Assembly: GCF_009914755.1 (NCBI RefSeq)
Contig: NC_060926.1
Origin: the human T2T-CHM13v2.0 reference genome, Homo sapiens
Reading direction: 5' to 3' (one strand)
DNA length: 64,000 nucleotides
Shown here: piece by piece, positions 38,490 to 55,117 of the stretch
How the letters are laid out: the number at the start of each line of letters is the position of its first letter
How positions within the stretch are numbered: the stretch's first letter is position 1
Notes under the pieces: model-generated
The model's input: the letters and a program-made list of their open reading frames with translations, nothing else
What the model was told of the DNA's origin: nothing
Database searches by the model: none
Translations under genes and position numbers: made by a program

Positions 38490-39317
38490 CATTTTGTATT
38501 TTGCATTTTTTGCTCAGATTATGTAATTAAAAAAGAATAAAAGAAGGTTGTCATGGAATGGTCCTCTCCTCTCAACCAATCCCAAGATGCCACCCAGGCA
38601 GCTACTGGAAGAGAAGGGGCCCTGTCCTGTGCCCTCTCCCCCTACCCCACGCAGGTGAGCCTGCACAGGACACTCACTTTCAACTGGTTCTGCAGCCTTG
38701 GGCATCCCTGGGCTGTCCGTGTGGATGTTACTTCCAGCCAAGGGACTGCTTCCATCCATGAGATGATTCCTGTGTGTCCCCATGTGCCTTCCCTCCTCTG
38801 TCCCCCTATGCTGAACCATACCCATGGGCTGGGCTACAGGACTCTACCCTGGCACAGAGCAGAATCGCCTGGGGACCAGTACCCAGGCCTCTTGCCAGAA
38901 AAAGAAATGGAATCAATAGCTATCAGTATTTTCTAAAAGCTCCCAGGTGATTCAAAAGGGCCACCAGGGTTGACACTCACAAGCTCCTGTCCAAGATGGT
39001 CACCCAGCATCTCTTCCCTGGGGCCGCCCCTCCAGGCCTGAGCCCACTCGCAGCACTGCAAAGTCCCAAGACCATGACCCCACTGAGCTTCCCCGATCTG
39101 CACTCCCACCCTCTTCAGTGATCTCAGCTTAGCGACTCATCCCAAGTTAACAAGCAAATCCCTAGAAAAATGTTCAAGGCCCACAGGTCTGAACCAGTGA
39201 AGGTGGAATTTCAGGCCAATGGGAGCCAGCCAGTTTAGAACAAGGAGCTCTGCTCACCACACTTGAGCTGCTGCTTGTGGGAAAGAACCAGGTTCGCAGG
39301 CTCTTGCCTCCAGCTTA

Positions 39318-39881
<564 letters not shown>

Positions 39882-40792
39882 CTACCAACAGAAGCCAGGA
39901 AGATGACATCAGTAAGAGAAGTGGTGGATGGCTGACATGTGACCTCAGGATCTGGGGACATCAGGCCTGGAGGGTACTGAGCAAACTGGGGAGCATGTGC
40001 CCTGTCCAAGACAGCCGCAGCTCTGCTCCAGCTTATTTTTGCCACAAGGAAAAATGGAACGTGTTAAAGGACCTCTCCATTTTTTTCTAGACAAGCTGAA
40101 AATCCAGATTTTTTGAAAAAGTGAATTCACCCAATACAAAAATTACTTTGAAGCAATTATTTCGGGCTAAATTTGGACTATAGACACTTGGATGTCTCAT
40201 TTGACCTCATCCACTTATTGGCCTGGTTGTGTCATTATGCCCCTGAGAAATCAACTCCCATGCTGCCCCGCTGCCTCGCTGCTGCCCTGCTGCCTCTCCT
40301 CTTCCCCAGCTTCTTTTAAGCTTGCTTCCCATGTACCTACTCCCAGGTGCGTCCCCTGGGCTCACTGCCACCCTCAATGCCTGACTTCTTTAGAGTCTGG
40401 CTCTGCAGGGCTCCTAAACACCCAGGGGTAGAGAGGCATCCAGGAGGGAGATCCCAGGAGGAAGAAAAAGCTGGACTGGCCCTTCCTTGAGTTTCTTCCA
40501 TGGAGCAACACCTGCCTGGAGCCCCGTAGCTCTTGTCTGGCATCTGACCCACATGCAGAGCGGACAGGCAGCAAGAAGACAGGAAGGCCAGGACAGTGCA
40601 GGCATGGCCAAGGCTGCTCGGCCCACCTGGAAACACACCTGGGAAGCAGTGAGCATCAGTCCAGGGAACTCATCTGTGGCCTCTACTTTGAGAAAAAGGC
40701 CTTTCCTAGATAGCTCCAAAGAAGTAACTATGCTGTTTGAAAAGCTGGACGATGTCAGATACATTCTTGTTATCCTCCTTCCGTTAGCTTAC

Positions 40793-40853
40793 CCAACATC
40801 TTCCAGAAAGTGTCTGGCAATAGCCCACAAAGCAACAAAAATGGCTGGAGAAC
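40793..40853 (-). CDS. SCTR: SCTR exon 8 (TM4: SPAIFVALWAIARHFLEDV)
   Basis: 61 nt, phase 1-2, CAG acceptor and GTAAG donor; completes GWGSP with exon 7. Confidence 0.96.
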
Positions 40854-42019
40854 CTGAGGATTAAAAACAAAGGGAGGGGCAGAAGAGAGAGGACTCAATT
40901 TTCAACACACATATCAGAACAGGACAATTGGTTACCCCAGCCCAGCTACTGAGCAGGTGCCAAGATTTGGTTTCCACAGAAACCCCTCTGCCATCTTGTG
41001 CCATCTTGTGTGAATGTGGCACCATGTGCCTCAAGGGTGCCGGGCATGCCCTGGGGACTATGGCAGAATCAGAAGGATCCCAAAGGCCACTTGGTGTTAG
41101 GGGTCTCCTGGGAACCCAGGCCAGACTCCAGAGGACCACTGCAAAGTATAGAGGGGCTGGGACTCCTGGGCAGGCTCGTGGACACATGGAGGCAGCTGGA
41201 GAGCCCCCTTCTCATACTGTGATCTGCCTGGCCACGTGCAGCGGGGAGGAGGAAGTGGAGAAGGGGTGGACACAGGTCATGAAAGAAACGTTGATTTTAT
41301 TCAAATATTGGTTTGTAAAAAGCTTGGCCATTTAACAGCTAAGGTAAGCCATCACTGTCATGTTTAAACAAAAATATAATTTGGACTAGAGATGAGATCA
41401 AGTCCACAAGAATTTAGAAGAGAAAATACAATAACATTTCCTGACTTCTAGTTAAACGTGGCAAACTGAACTTATACATTTATCCCTACTTCCCCTGAAG
41501 CCCCTCTAAAATGATAATAAAGAAATAGAAATGGTAAAAGCCCGTAAGGACAAAGACTGAGAAGGAAGGGCAGAGTAGAGGAGAGACGGCAACACGCTTA
41601 GGCACACAGAAGCCTGCCAGAGGAGTGGCAGCTGATGTCCCGAGCAGAGGAAGCTGAAACAGAAGTGCTGTCTGGGGCAATGCCGCTGGGGAAGTGCCCA
41701 AGGATGCTCTAGGGCCAGGGCACCCGGTACCCAGGAGGCAGGCGGCAGAGTGGGGCTGGGGCAGGAGGATGGTTTGAAGTCTGGATAAGAAACAGATAAG
41801 CACCCCAGGCGGCCAGCACTACCCTCACCAGACTGAATAGTCAACTTCCAACAGAGTTTATTCTCTGGAATTACTGAACCAAGGAGAACAGGGCTGCAGC
41901 CCAGCAGAGGGTTGGAGGGGTTGCTCAGCTGAGCAGGAATGGAGTGACAGTCTACACCAGCGCTCAAGGTGGCTCTTGAGCACCTGGTATGTGGCTGGTC
42001 CCTACTGAGTTGGGCACTA

Positions 42020-42373
<354 letters not shown>

Positions 42374-43567
42374 TGTAAAATATGTCATTACCAATTTTTA
42401 TATTGATTATACATTGAAATGATACTATTTTGGTCACCTTGGGTTGAACAGAATAGATTGTTGAAACAAATACTGCCTGTTTCATTTTACTGTGTTGATT
42501 GTGGCTACTAGAAAATTTTAAGCTAGATGTATGGCTCAGATTCTTTTTTTTTTAAGCAGAAATACTTAAATCAGATTCTATTTCTAGTGGACGTGCTCAA
42601 GCTGAATGGTAAAAGCCCTGGTCCCCGGGCCGCTCAGTTTTCAGGCCTCTACTGAATGGGCTTCTACCCCTACCCCAGCCCTCTACCCTCTGCCCACCTC
42701 CCTGCCACTGCACGCTGGAGATGAAAGGATTCTCTAGAGGAACTGAACAGCCCCAGACAAAGAGCCTATAGATAGCCATGGGGGGACCCCCCAACACTTC
42801 CAGTCCAGTGTCCCTTGAGAGACAAACCCCACACCCCCAACAGCCATTAGCCGGCTCTGAAGTGATTCATTCTTAAATAGGAACAGACAGCCAAGGTCAC
42901 CAACATCTTATTACATAAAAGACACAGACCAAAACAATCAGAGAAAAGGAACTCAGAGGAAACAGACCATACAGGAAGCAGAAGGAACTTGGAACAAAAC
43001 AACTCTAAGGAACGCCATCGGAGAGATAAAAGGTCGTATCTACAAGACACAAACAGGATGCTGTCAACAGGGAGTGCCCGGAGAACAAGAAAGGGGGCTT
43101 AGGAACGGAGCATATGATAACCACAATTAAACACGCAATAGACGGGTTGGAAGATAAAGACTAGGAATCTCTCAGCAGAATAAACAACAGTGGAATGAAA
43201 AGTAGGAAAAAGAAATTCGAACATTAGAGGTTATTCCAGGATGTACAACATTAGACTAAAGGGAGTTTCAGAAAACAGAGGATAAAAAACAGAAGGAAAA
43301 AACAATTAAATAGATAATGTAAGAACATTTTCAAGAAATGAAAGACATGAATTTTCAGATGAAAGGGACACCGTATGCCAGGAAAAACGATGAAAAAAGG
43401 CCTGCATCACAGCACATCCCTGTGACATTTCAGAACACAGAGAGAAGATCCTGCAGCTTATGTAGAAAGGAGTAAAAAGTTCAGGAAGCAAAATGGCATG
43501 GCACATCCCATAACACTGATGCCAAAACACAAGACCCTCAAAATTCTGGGGAAAATGATTTTTCAAC

Positions 43568-43864
43568 TTTTTTTTTTTTTTTTTTTTTTGAGATGAAGTC
43601 TCACTCTGTTGCCCAGGCTGGAGTGCAGTGGTCTCAGCTCTCTGCAACCTCCACCACCCGGGTTCAAGTGATTCTTCTGTCTCAGCCTCTTGAATAGCTG
43701 AGATTACAGGCACCCACCACCACCCCTGACTAATTTTTGTATTTTAGTAGAGACAGGGTTTCAACACGTTGGCCAGGATGGTCTCGAACTCCTGACCTCA
43801 AGTGATCTGCCCACCTTGGCCTCCCAAATTGCTGGGATTACAGGTGTGAGCCACTGTGCCTGGA
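43568..43864 (-). mobile_element. AluS
   Basis: T22 tail then a full Alu on the minus strand. Confidence 0.9.
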
Positions 43865-44155
43865 CTTCAGCTTGTTTTATGTCCAGCAAAATAATGAATT
43901 AGGTATGAAGGTTGAACGAAGATATCTTCAGACATGGGATTAAAAAAATGTTCCTTTCAGGTGCTCTTGGTTAGACAGATACTGGAGGATGTGCTCCAAC
44001 ACAACTAGAGAGTGAACCAAAGACAGGGAGATGAGAAAGAAAGGAAACAGGATTTGTGGAAGAAGGTGAAAGCTAAGGGAGCTGAGCAAATCTGGAGAAC
44101 AGCCAGGCCAAGTCAAGCAAGAAGGCAGAAAGCTCTAGAAAAAAACACTGGCAAG

Positions 44156-44615
44156 TATACCAGGTTGAATAGTGTCTCCCTAAAATTCATGTCAACCCAG
44201 CACCTCAGACTGTAACCTTACTTGGAAATAGGGTCTTTGCAGATGTAATTGGTTAAGATAAAGTCATACTGGAGTATGGTGGGCCACTACTCCAGCATGA
44301 TTGGCATCCTTATAAGAAGGCCATGAGAGACACACAGAGAGAGAAGACACAGAGGAAGAAGTCCATGTAAAGACATAAGCAGGAATGGGGCTGATGCAAC
44401 TACAAACCAAGGAATGCCAAGCATTGCCAGCCACCACCAGAAGGTAGGAAAGAGATATGGGAGGGATCCTCCGTCAGGGCCTCCAAAAGAAACCAACCCT
44501 GCCAACGCGTTGATTTCAGACTTCTGGCCTCCAGAACTGTGAGAGAGTAAATTTCTGTTGTTTTAAGCCACCAAGTTTGTGGCAATTTGTTAAGATAGCC
44601 TTAGGAACTAATACA
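44156..44615 (+). mobile_element. MLT1B/C-like MaLR solo LTR
   Basis: GTTGAATAGTGTCTCCCTAAAATTCATGTC...GGAAATAGGGTCTTTGCAGATGTAAT...TTTTAAGCCACCAAGTTTGTGG...AACTAATACA. Confidence 0.85.
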
Positions 44616-44935
44616 GCAGGAAACAAACAAATAGGAACTGATAGATTTCCTATTGCATTTGATGATTTGGAAAATAAATAGCATTGGAAGGCTGTCCAAA
44701 GAATTTGAGAGAATTGATGCTGGCAATATATATATATAAAAAGCAAAGGAAAAATGATTCCAGGAAAATAAAAAGTTAATAAGATTGAAAGTAAAATTAT
44801 TGTACACCACTTGTCTCAGTGGTAAACACTATTTACATAGATATAATAATGTATACACTGAATCTGATTTAGCCAAAAATGATAAGAAACTGTAAAGGAA
44901 GAATGGAGGTAGAGGATTAAGAATTTTATATTCTT

Positions 44936-45232
44936 GGTCAGGCGCAATGGCTCACAACTATAATCCCAGCACTTTGGGAAGTTGATGCAGGAGGATCGTT
45001 TGGGCCCAGGAGTTCAAGACCAACCTGGGAGACATGGCAAGACCCTGTCTCTACAATAAATGTAAAAAATCAGCCAGATGTGGTGGCATGCACCTGTAGT
45101 CCTAGCTAGTTAGGAGGCTGAGCCAGGAGGATCGCTTGAGCCCAGGAGCTTGAGGTTGCAGTGGGCTGTGATTGAACCACTGCACTCCAGCTTGGGCCAA
45201 GAGAGTGAGATCCTGTCTCAGAAAAGAAAAAA
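44936..45232 (+). mobile_element. AluJ-like
   Basis: Dimeric Alu; TSD AATTTTATATTCTT. Confidence 0.88.
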
Positions 45233-45504
45233 TAATTTTATATTCTTATCTTCCATCATGTGGAGTCAATAACTAATGCTTCAAACAGACAAATCAAGAA
45301 ATAGTAGTGTATTGATTTTAGAAACACGAGAGTAAATCTTAGGAGGAACAAGTTAAAAGAGTGAAAGGCATTAACTCTGGAGGCTGAGCTCGGGAATAAG
45401 AAGTGAAGGCAGGAGATTTAGCTTTTGTTTATTATAAACCTTGTAGTCTTTTGTTTAATTATTTAAACCAAGTACATGAATGACTTTGATAAAAATAACA
45501 ATTA

Positions 45505-46129
<625 letters not shown>

Positions 46130-47881
46130 TCAATTCTTAGTGCTTTGGGCAAAGAACATGGGTTTTGAGAGGCACTTGTTCATTATCTTCCATCCTTAGT
46201 GGCAAGTTGGTGGGAAAGTTTGCAAAATTTGTAATGGTTTAAGTTGGTGGCTCAGTGTGGCCCCTGGACCAGCAGCATGAGCAACACCTGGGAACACGTC
46301 AGAAATGCAGTCTCGGGCCACCCCAGACCCACTGCCTCAGAGTCTCTGGGCGGGGAGTGCAGCAAGCTGGGTTTGGCAGACCTTCACCCATGCTGAGGCA
46401 GAACCGCCAGTGCCAGCCGCTCACTCTCACTCGCTGAGTGGCAGCCTGGCTCATCTATAAAGCCTGCGCTGTCACTATTTTCTGGATACAGACTCACACC
46501 TCAGCCGCTCTGAAAAAGTCAAAGCTTTGGGTAAGTGTTAAAAACCTTAAACGTGCTCACTCCTTTCCACTCAGGAATCCATATCCTGGGATTCTGTATT
46601 ACATACAGAAAACACTTTGCCCATAAAGGTATTCATCACTGTGCTATTTATAATAGTGAGACAACCTAAATGTCCAAACAATAGGTATGTGGTTAAATAC
46701 ATCTATATCACATCTATCTATCTATGTGGTAGTTTAAAATGTTTATGAAAGATTTGACATAATACAGAACATGCTTATGTGTTAATGGGAAGAAGCGAAA
46801 TTCAAAATTCTTCATAGAGAATGACCACAGCTATGTGAGGAAAAACTGCAAGTAGAAAAAAAGGTTGGAAGGAAATCTCAGAAAAAGTTCAATCTGTGGG
46901 ACTAGGGTAATTTTTTTTTTTCTACTTAAAAAAATTTTTTTTACAAGGTTTTACAGTAGGGGTGTACCCATTTAAGCAACCTATCTTTGATGAAATCAGT
47001 ATAATTTCAAGCAGGGGCCGTTACCTTCGCATGAAAAGGGCTTCTCACAGATAGAGGGGCTTCAGGCCTTCTAGGGACCCTTCAGGGTCTCTTTGGTGTC
47101 TGGCAGGCAAACAGGCCAGGAGGAAGAGAACCATTGCTGTTTTATATGTCACTCAATTCTCAGCACCCAGCACAGGGCTGGCGTACAGTAGATGCTCCAC
47201 AAAGATTTGAAGAAGAAAGGAAGGTTCTTATTATTTCATTCCAACATCTTAAAATCCTGTGACAGAGATACTATCACAATGCAGCTTTGTAATCCCTGAA
47301 CACAGGAAGTGCTCAAAGAATGTTGAATAAATTATGGTCCTGATATTATAGATGGGAAAACGGTCCATGTTCATACAGCTGAATCTTGGCGTATCTGGGA
47401 TTTAAAGCTTAGTGAACTGGGCTCAGTGAGTTGGGTGCTTTTTTGGCAGAGCCAGCTGCATAAGGCAAGTCCCTGGTCCCCAGGCACTCTGGGATTGCTG
47501 GCCTCTAGAGACGTCGGCATAACTCTGCAACCTCCCGATGGCCCGGGGTCAGGTGCTGACTGGGCTGCCAAGGTTCAGAAGCAGGAGGGCTCAGCAAGCA
47601 GGAGGGCTCAGCAAGCAGGAGGGCTCAGCAAGCTCTGCCAGCTCAGGCAGCTCCCCTGATCGGGAGACAGGGCCCTTGTAAATAAGGATTTAGACAAGCA
47701 GAAAAGGCAGCACAGGGCATTCCTGGCAGGGACACTTCTTAAAGGCACCAGGAAGAAACCAAAAGAAGCTAATGCTTGGTGCACATGACTATCTCTGTAA
47801 GCCTTTGAGTCACTCACAGGAACCTGGCTCTCTGTCTAGAACTCCTTAGGGTAACGTTCATGTTTATCAAATGAGCAACTA

Positions 47882-47981
47882 ATGGATGAATGGATAGAGG
47901 AATGGATGGATGAGTGGGTGGATGTGTGCATGGGTGGGTGGGTGGATGGATGGATGGATGGATGGATGGATGGATGGATGG
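47882..47981. repeat. (GGAT)n/(GGGT)n microsatellite
   Basis: Degenerate, then pure, GGAT run. Confidence 0.9.
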
Positions 47982-48249
47982 GTGTTAATGGCAGGGTAAA
48001 AGTTAAAGGGCTTTGGAAACAGACAAGTCTTGGCTTGAATCCTGAGGTCTGTCCTTGTTTACCATGTGAGTTGGTATGTTACGTTGTGTCTGTGAGCTGA
48101 GGTCTCTGAGAGGCCTCTGGAGATTGCTACGATGATTAAATGATACATGTAAAGTGCTGAATCCAATGCCTGGCACATAGCAAGTGCCCCTAAAATGGAA
48201 GTTGTTTGTCGTCTTCATTGACCGAAAAGGAAAAGGGACAGAGATGGAA

Positions 48250-48734
48250 TGGGGGCCCGCACTTGGCTGTCTCGCTCTCATTCTCCCTCTTTCCTAGACA
48301 ATGAATCCCGAATTTCCTTTAGGAAGTCATGTGGTTTGAGTAGCTAAGGCCAATCAACATATTTCATTCTCTCAGGCCTCTGTGACTAGTTCAAGGGTGT
48401 CTATGAGATTCAAGCAGTCCAACCAGAGTGCACCTCAGAATATTTGCTAAGAATGCTGGATGGAGTCTCTTTCTTTCTCTCGTTGGAGTTCGGTACAAGG
48501 AAGTCTCTAGCCCAGAAGCTGTTGGCCATTCCATTGGGAACACCAGCTTAACTACAAAGCCGATGTTACGAAAGGCAAAGTAGAGACAGAAAGCAACAGT
48601 GTGACGCTGCTGGATTCAGCCTCTCCTGAAGTTGGTGATCACTGGACTTTTCAGTTATATGAGCCAATTAATTTCGTTTATGTTTAAAGGTTTACAGATT
48701 TTCTGATGCCAGCAGTCAAAAGCGTTCTAATACA
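48250..48734 (+). mobile_element. Old ERVL-type LTR (LTR16/LTR33-like)
   Basis: GGCCAATCA...GGACTTTTCAGTTATATGAGCCAAT...TTCTAATACA pattern; subfamily uncertain. Confidence 0.5.
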
Positions 48735-48935
48735 GAAAGGAAGCAAGAAAGAGGACGTAGGAATGCACCGTCTAAAGGCAGACGAGGCAACAAGTATTGG
48801 GTGGGAACGAACTGTAAAAAGCTCTAGATGCCAGAAACTGGGGCTAAATTTGAGCTAGGATTTCCCACTTGACAGATAAGTAAACTGAGACCAGAGGGTT
48901 AAACATCAAGGAACTTGTCTAAGATTACACAAGTT

Positions 48936-49238
<303 letters not shown>

Positions 49239-49302
49239 GATTACACAAGTTAGTTAAGTGTGGAGCTGGAACTAAAAGCCGAACCCTCCGACTCTCGACT
49301 CA

Positions 49303-49662
<360 letters not shown>

Positions 49663-50568
49663 TCAGGCCTGCAGCATTCTCTAGAGAGTAGGAGTCCACA
49701 GGCCTAGTGGGTTCAGTCAAGCTGGCCAATCAATGAGCCATCATAGGAGCAGGAACTAGGTTCAAATCCTAGCACTGGCTGCCAGGCTAGATGAGGAGGC
49801 AGTCCTTCAACTACAGAACTGTGTCGGATACTGCCCAATCCCCTCATTTTTTCAGATGAGGAAACCAAGGCCTAGAAAGGGAAGAGATTTCTGAGCAAAG
49901 GGTTAAAAAAATCTTTTCTAAGCTCAGTTCCCTTGCAAACACATAATGAAGGGATGTGCCAACTCTGTTAGGAGGTACCACTGATTATGGTAAAAATGGC
50001 CCTGGCTGGTACATTGCACTCTCCACATATCTGATGGGGATGTCATGGAGTTGGACTTCCCTGATGCAGTGACTGACTCTTTTAACAGGCATGTCCCCTG
50101 CAGGGATCCCCGGAAGTTATGCCTGTAGAATTGTGGGGCACCAGGCTTCTACACCAGCACAGCTCCTGTACCTCTGCCATGGTAGGGCCTTTGTCCTTTT
50201 CTTTGCATTGGGCTGTCCCCTGGGGATGGGACAGCTCCCGGGATAGCCGTAGGGCTGCTGCAAAGACAAGCCCGAGAAGGAGGAGCGCCCGGTGCTGCCT
50301 GGGGACAGTGGTGGTTCCTGCCTTATGGCCTTCCCAGAGGCTCTGACTCCAGGCAAGGCCCATGGTTGACTTGTGAGTCTAATGTTTAGTAAAACCTGAG
50401 AAGGTTCCCTGCTGGGGCATTGCTGGCCTTGTCCACTGCTGGTCAGTAATGAAGCGTGGCTAGGATTTAAGGCTCCTGACTCCCAGCAGGTACTCTTGTT
50501 TCATCCTGGAGACCTCCTTGAGAGACATGGATCCTACCTGAAGAACCTCTCAGTCTGAGTCAGAAAAT

Positions 50569-50592
50569 ACACACACACACACACACACACAC
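50569..50592. repeat. (CA)n microsatellite
   Basis: About 12 CA units. Confidence 0.9.
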
Positions 50593-50629
50593 AACTCTGA
50601 ACAATACAAACAGGTGAGTGGTAGGAAGT

Positions 50630-51133
50630 GGCAGGCAGGTTGGCTGAACTAATCTCAATTTCCAATCTCTTTTCTCCCTTGCTCGCCTCTACTATAGAGA
50701 TTGTGATAGTAAAAAACTCTATCACCCTGCTTCCTTTGCGATTAAGTGTGGTTACATGACTCAACTCTAGCCAATGAGATGTAGGTAGGAGTTTCTGGGG
50801 AAGGTGCCCTTTCTCAATAGAAAGGCAAAGCTGCCCAAAAGATAAAAAAATGTTTAACGTTTTACCTTTCTCCTTCTTGCCTGGAACACAGACAGGAGGC
50901 CTGGGGTTGCAGCAGTCATATTGCAACCATGTGGTATAAAGCATGACATCAAAGGCCTACTCTAAGGATGGCAGTGCGGAAACAGGGGAAAAGACTGTGT
51001 CCCTCATGGTATCACACAGCCATTGCACCACCTCATCTGTGGACTGCTTACGTAGGAAACAGCCCCCATTTGTTTAAGACCCCAATATATAGTTTTCTGT
51101 TATTCGCAGCAAAAGGAATCCCAACTGACACAC
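50630..51133 (+). mobile_element. Old ERVL/MaLR-type LTR
   Basis: ACATGACTCAACTCTAGCCAATGAGATGT...GCAGTCATATTGCAACCATG...TTTTCTGTTATTCGCAGC...AACTGACACA; subfamily uncertain. Confidence 0.55.
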
Positions 51134-51574
51134 AGGGTGATTGCAATGAATTGAGTCATCTGGGCATTTGGAAGGAGAAAGGGGGTTAGATTTAAGAAAA
51201 CACAACGTTTTATTGCAAATACATTTATACAGACATACTGGCCCATGCTCACCCTTTTCTTTTTATGACCAACCCCCACCCTCTCCAGACTGGGTCATCT
51301 TTCTTCAGCTGGGAACTGGCAGAAGTAGGGAAAAGAGGAGTCTCCCTATATATCTAATTCCTAGAGTGACCAGTTCACTCCTGGACACTGGGAGTTTACG
51401 GCAACCCCCATGAGCTTCTCTCCTACATGACCCAGATTGTGCACATGTGGCTGTGGAATCTCCCTGAACCTCCTGGCCCAGTGTCAGCACTGGCTGCTTT
51501 ATCCTTGGTATTAAGTGCAGCCTCAGCAGGGGCTTGGGGGAAGGACAACTAGGCTACTCCCCTCTCCAAAGCTA

Positions 51575-51865
<291 letters not shown>

Positions 51866-51975
51866 TCAGCTCTTTCCGGGTAACACATTCTGTGAGCATA
51901 ACCTGAATGAGGAACTGGGTCTCCAGGTGGCCAGTCTAATTTGCTACATGCTGCAGTGAGAAAAAAAAAAAAAAA

Positions 51976-52252
51976 GGCCAGCCACAGTGTGGCTCACACC
52001 TGTAATCCCAGTACTTAGGGAGGCCAAGGCAGGAAGATCACTTGAGGCCATGAGTTCAACATATTGAGACTTCTGTATCTACAAAAAAATTGTTTTTGTT
52101 TTTAATTAGCTGGGCATGGTGGTGCCTGCCTGTATTCCTTGTACAAGAGGCTGAAGTGGGAGGATTGCTTGAGCCCAGGAGTTCTACCATTGCCACTGCA
52201 CTCCAGCCTCAGCAGCAGAGCAAGACTTTGTCTCTAAATGAATAAATAAAAA
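51976..52252 (+). mobile_element. AluJ-like, internally deleted
   Basis: Alu arms with deletions and an (AAAT)n tail. Confidence 0.8.
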
Positions 52253-53294
52253 GCTGGGGCTGTAGGGGCAACATTGTATTCTGCCCTGACCTACCACCAT
52301 CTCCAGCTCCCAGAATTGTTTTGGGGGAGGGGTGAGGACGGCAACCAGAACGGGAGAGGGCTAGGGGCACAGAAGGAACACAGGCTGCGGGGAGAAAGCA
52401 GACCCTGGCTCTGCCACTTAGCAGCTATATGACCTTGAGCAAGACTTTTCACTTCCCGGAGCCTCAGTGTCCTCCTCTGCTGCAGGGGACAGAAGTCAGT
52501 TACTTGTTCTGCTTCTTCTGGTACCGGAAACAGGCTTTCTTCTGGGAAACCCATTCCAGCTCTGGATTGGGAGGGCTCCACCCTTCTCACCCTCATGACA
52601 GACTTGATCAATCAGAGTGCTCCATCGCTGTCCATAGTGATTGGCTCAGAGTTGGGCATGTGACCTAAGCCCGGCCTATGAGAACTCTGAGGACTTTTAC
52701 TGGAACCAGAGGGGAAGAGGCTCTTGTTGGCCCTGGTGTTGCTGAGCTAGCAGGATGAATGCCAGCAACTGCTGGTGGTTGTCTCTGCCACTTCTGCAGA
52801 AAGCCTCCCAGAGGATGAGGCCAACCCAGAGCAGTGGAATGGAGGGAGACGGACCTAGCTGCTGATGCCACTGAACACCTAGATCCAGCCATGCCTACAG
52901 CAGATGCCCATGAACTTGCCACTTACATGGGTCAGGTCGCCTTTGTTTTTCTTATGCTGTTTCGAGGTGGATTTCTGTCTCTTGCAACAGAATCTCGCTA
53001 GTACTACTGTAAAATGGGGTTCCTGTTACCTATCTCATAGCATTGTGTGAAAATTAGAATACATATAAAGCGACCGGCCGCAAGTTCTCAGTAGTGCTTA
53101 GTAAATGTTGAAAAAATAAAGGGATGAATGAGGTCACAGGAACCTCGATGTTTTGCCATAGGTCAGCTTTAGATCAAGAGACGACAAGGTAGTTCACTCA
53201 GACCTTCCTCTTTCTGTCCTGGGTGGTTGAGAAGAGACCCAAAGTCTGTACCTGAGGAGGGCTGGGGTATGGAGAGCTGGCAGTGTGTTCTCAC

Positions 53295-53392
53295 CGGAAA
53301 GCACAGAGGATGCCAAGGGCGACCAGGAGCATGACCAGGGAGGAGCTGTAGCCCACGGTGTACATGACTTTCAGCTTCAGCAGGTAGGAGTG
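53295..53392 (-). CDS. SCTR: SCTR exon 5 (TM1: [32 protein letters not shown])
   Basis: 98 nt, phase 0-2; YTVGYSxS motif. Confidence 0.97.
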
Positions 53393-53975
53393 CTGCAGAG
53401 AGAGGCACGTGTCAGCCCCGCCGGCCCTCCTGGCTAGCTCTGCCTTCTGTGCCTCACTGCATCCGCTTCAGGCAGCTTGAACCCACCGACGCTGCTATTC
53501 TGTCCATACCTCAAGGACGCCAATTCACAGACACATAACACCGTAACATCCTGGCATTGGAAAAGCCCTTAGGGATCATCTGATGATCCCTAAGGATCAT
53601 CCCTAAGTTTGAATTGATGCCAATTCAAACTTCCATCTTATGTATAGGGCCCCTTACCAACTCTCTGAATTCAAACCTTTGCTTGAATACCTCTAGAGAC
53701 AAAGTGCTCACTGCCCTTTGAGAAAGTTATTTGGTGTAAAATAGCACAAAATATTAGATTTTGTTTATGTGAAGCTAAAATCAATTACTTGCACCACCTA
53801 TTGGTCCATTTTCTGTCTTCTGGATCCACTTAAAATGGATTTGTCTTTTATATAAGGCAGGTTTTATATAGAAAAGTTACAAAGGTCATACAGGGAGGCC
53901 TGCCATTTTTTAATACAGCTATTCTGCCCATCTGTTTCTCTTTCATTTTCTCTATGTCAAATATTCCCTGTGTCA

Positions 53976-54345
<370 letters not shown>

Positions 54346-54603
54346 TTAAATTAATATGCTCCAGTTTGTTAATGTCCTTCTTAAATAAGACCCCCAGAAC
54401 CACATAGCTGAAAAGCTCCAGATGCATTCTCTGACCAGGAAGAGGTAGAAGGGATCCATCACCTCCCATCTCCCCTGATCTATACATTGCGCGCCTATGC
54501 AGCCAAGCAGGCATTCACTTATTCAGCAGCCACTTCACACTATTGGCTCATCTTTGAGTCAAAAAGATCTAAGTGGAATATTGGTCAGAAAATTAAAAGA
54601 TCT

Positions 54604-55117
<514 letters not shown>

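Larger units (their letters stand above)
42850..45500 (+). mobile_element. Ancient L1M-type LINE fragments (hosting later Alu and MLT1 insertions)
   Basis: A-rich, L1 ORF1-like decayed sequence (GTTGGAAGATAAAG, GGAGTTTCAGAAAACAGAG, CAAAATTCTGGGGAAAATGATTTT). Boundaries uncertain. Confidence 0.55.
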
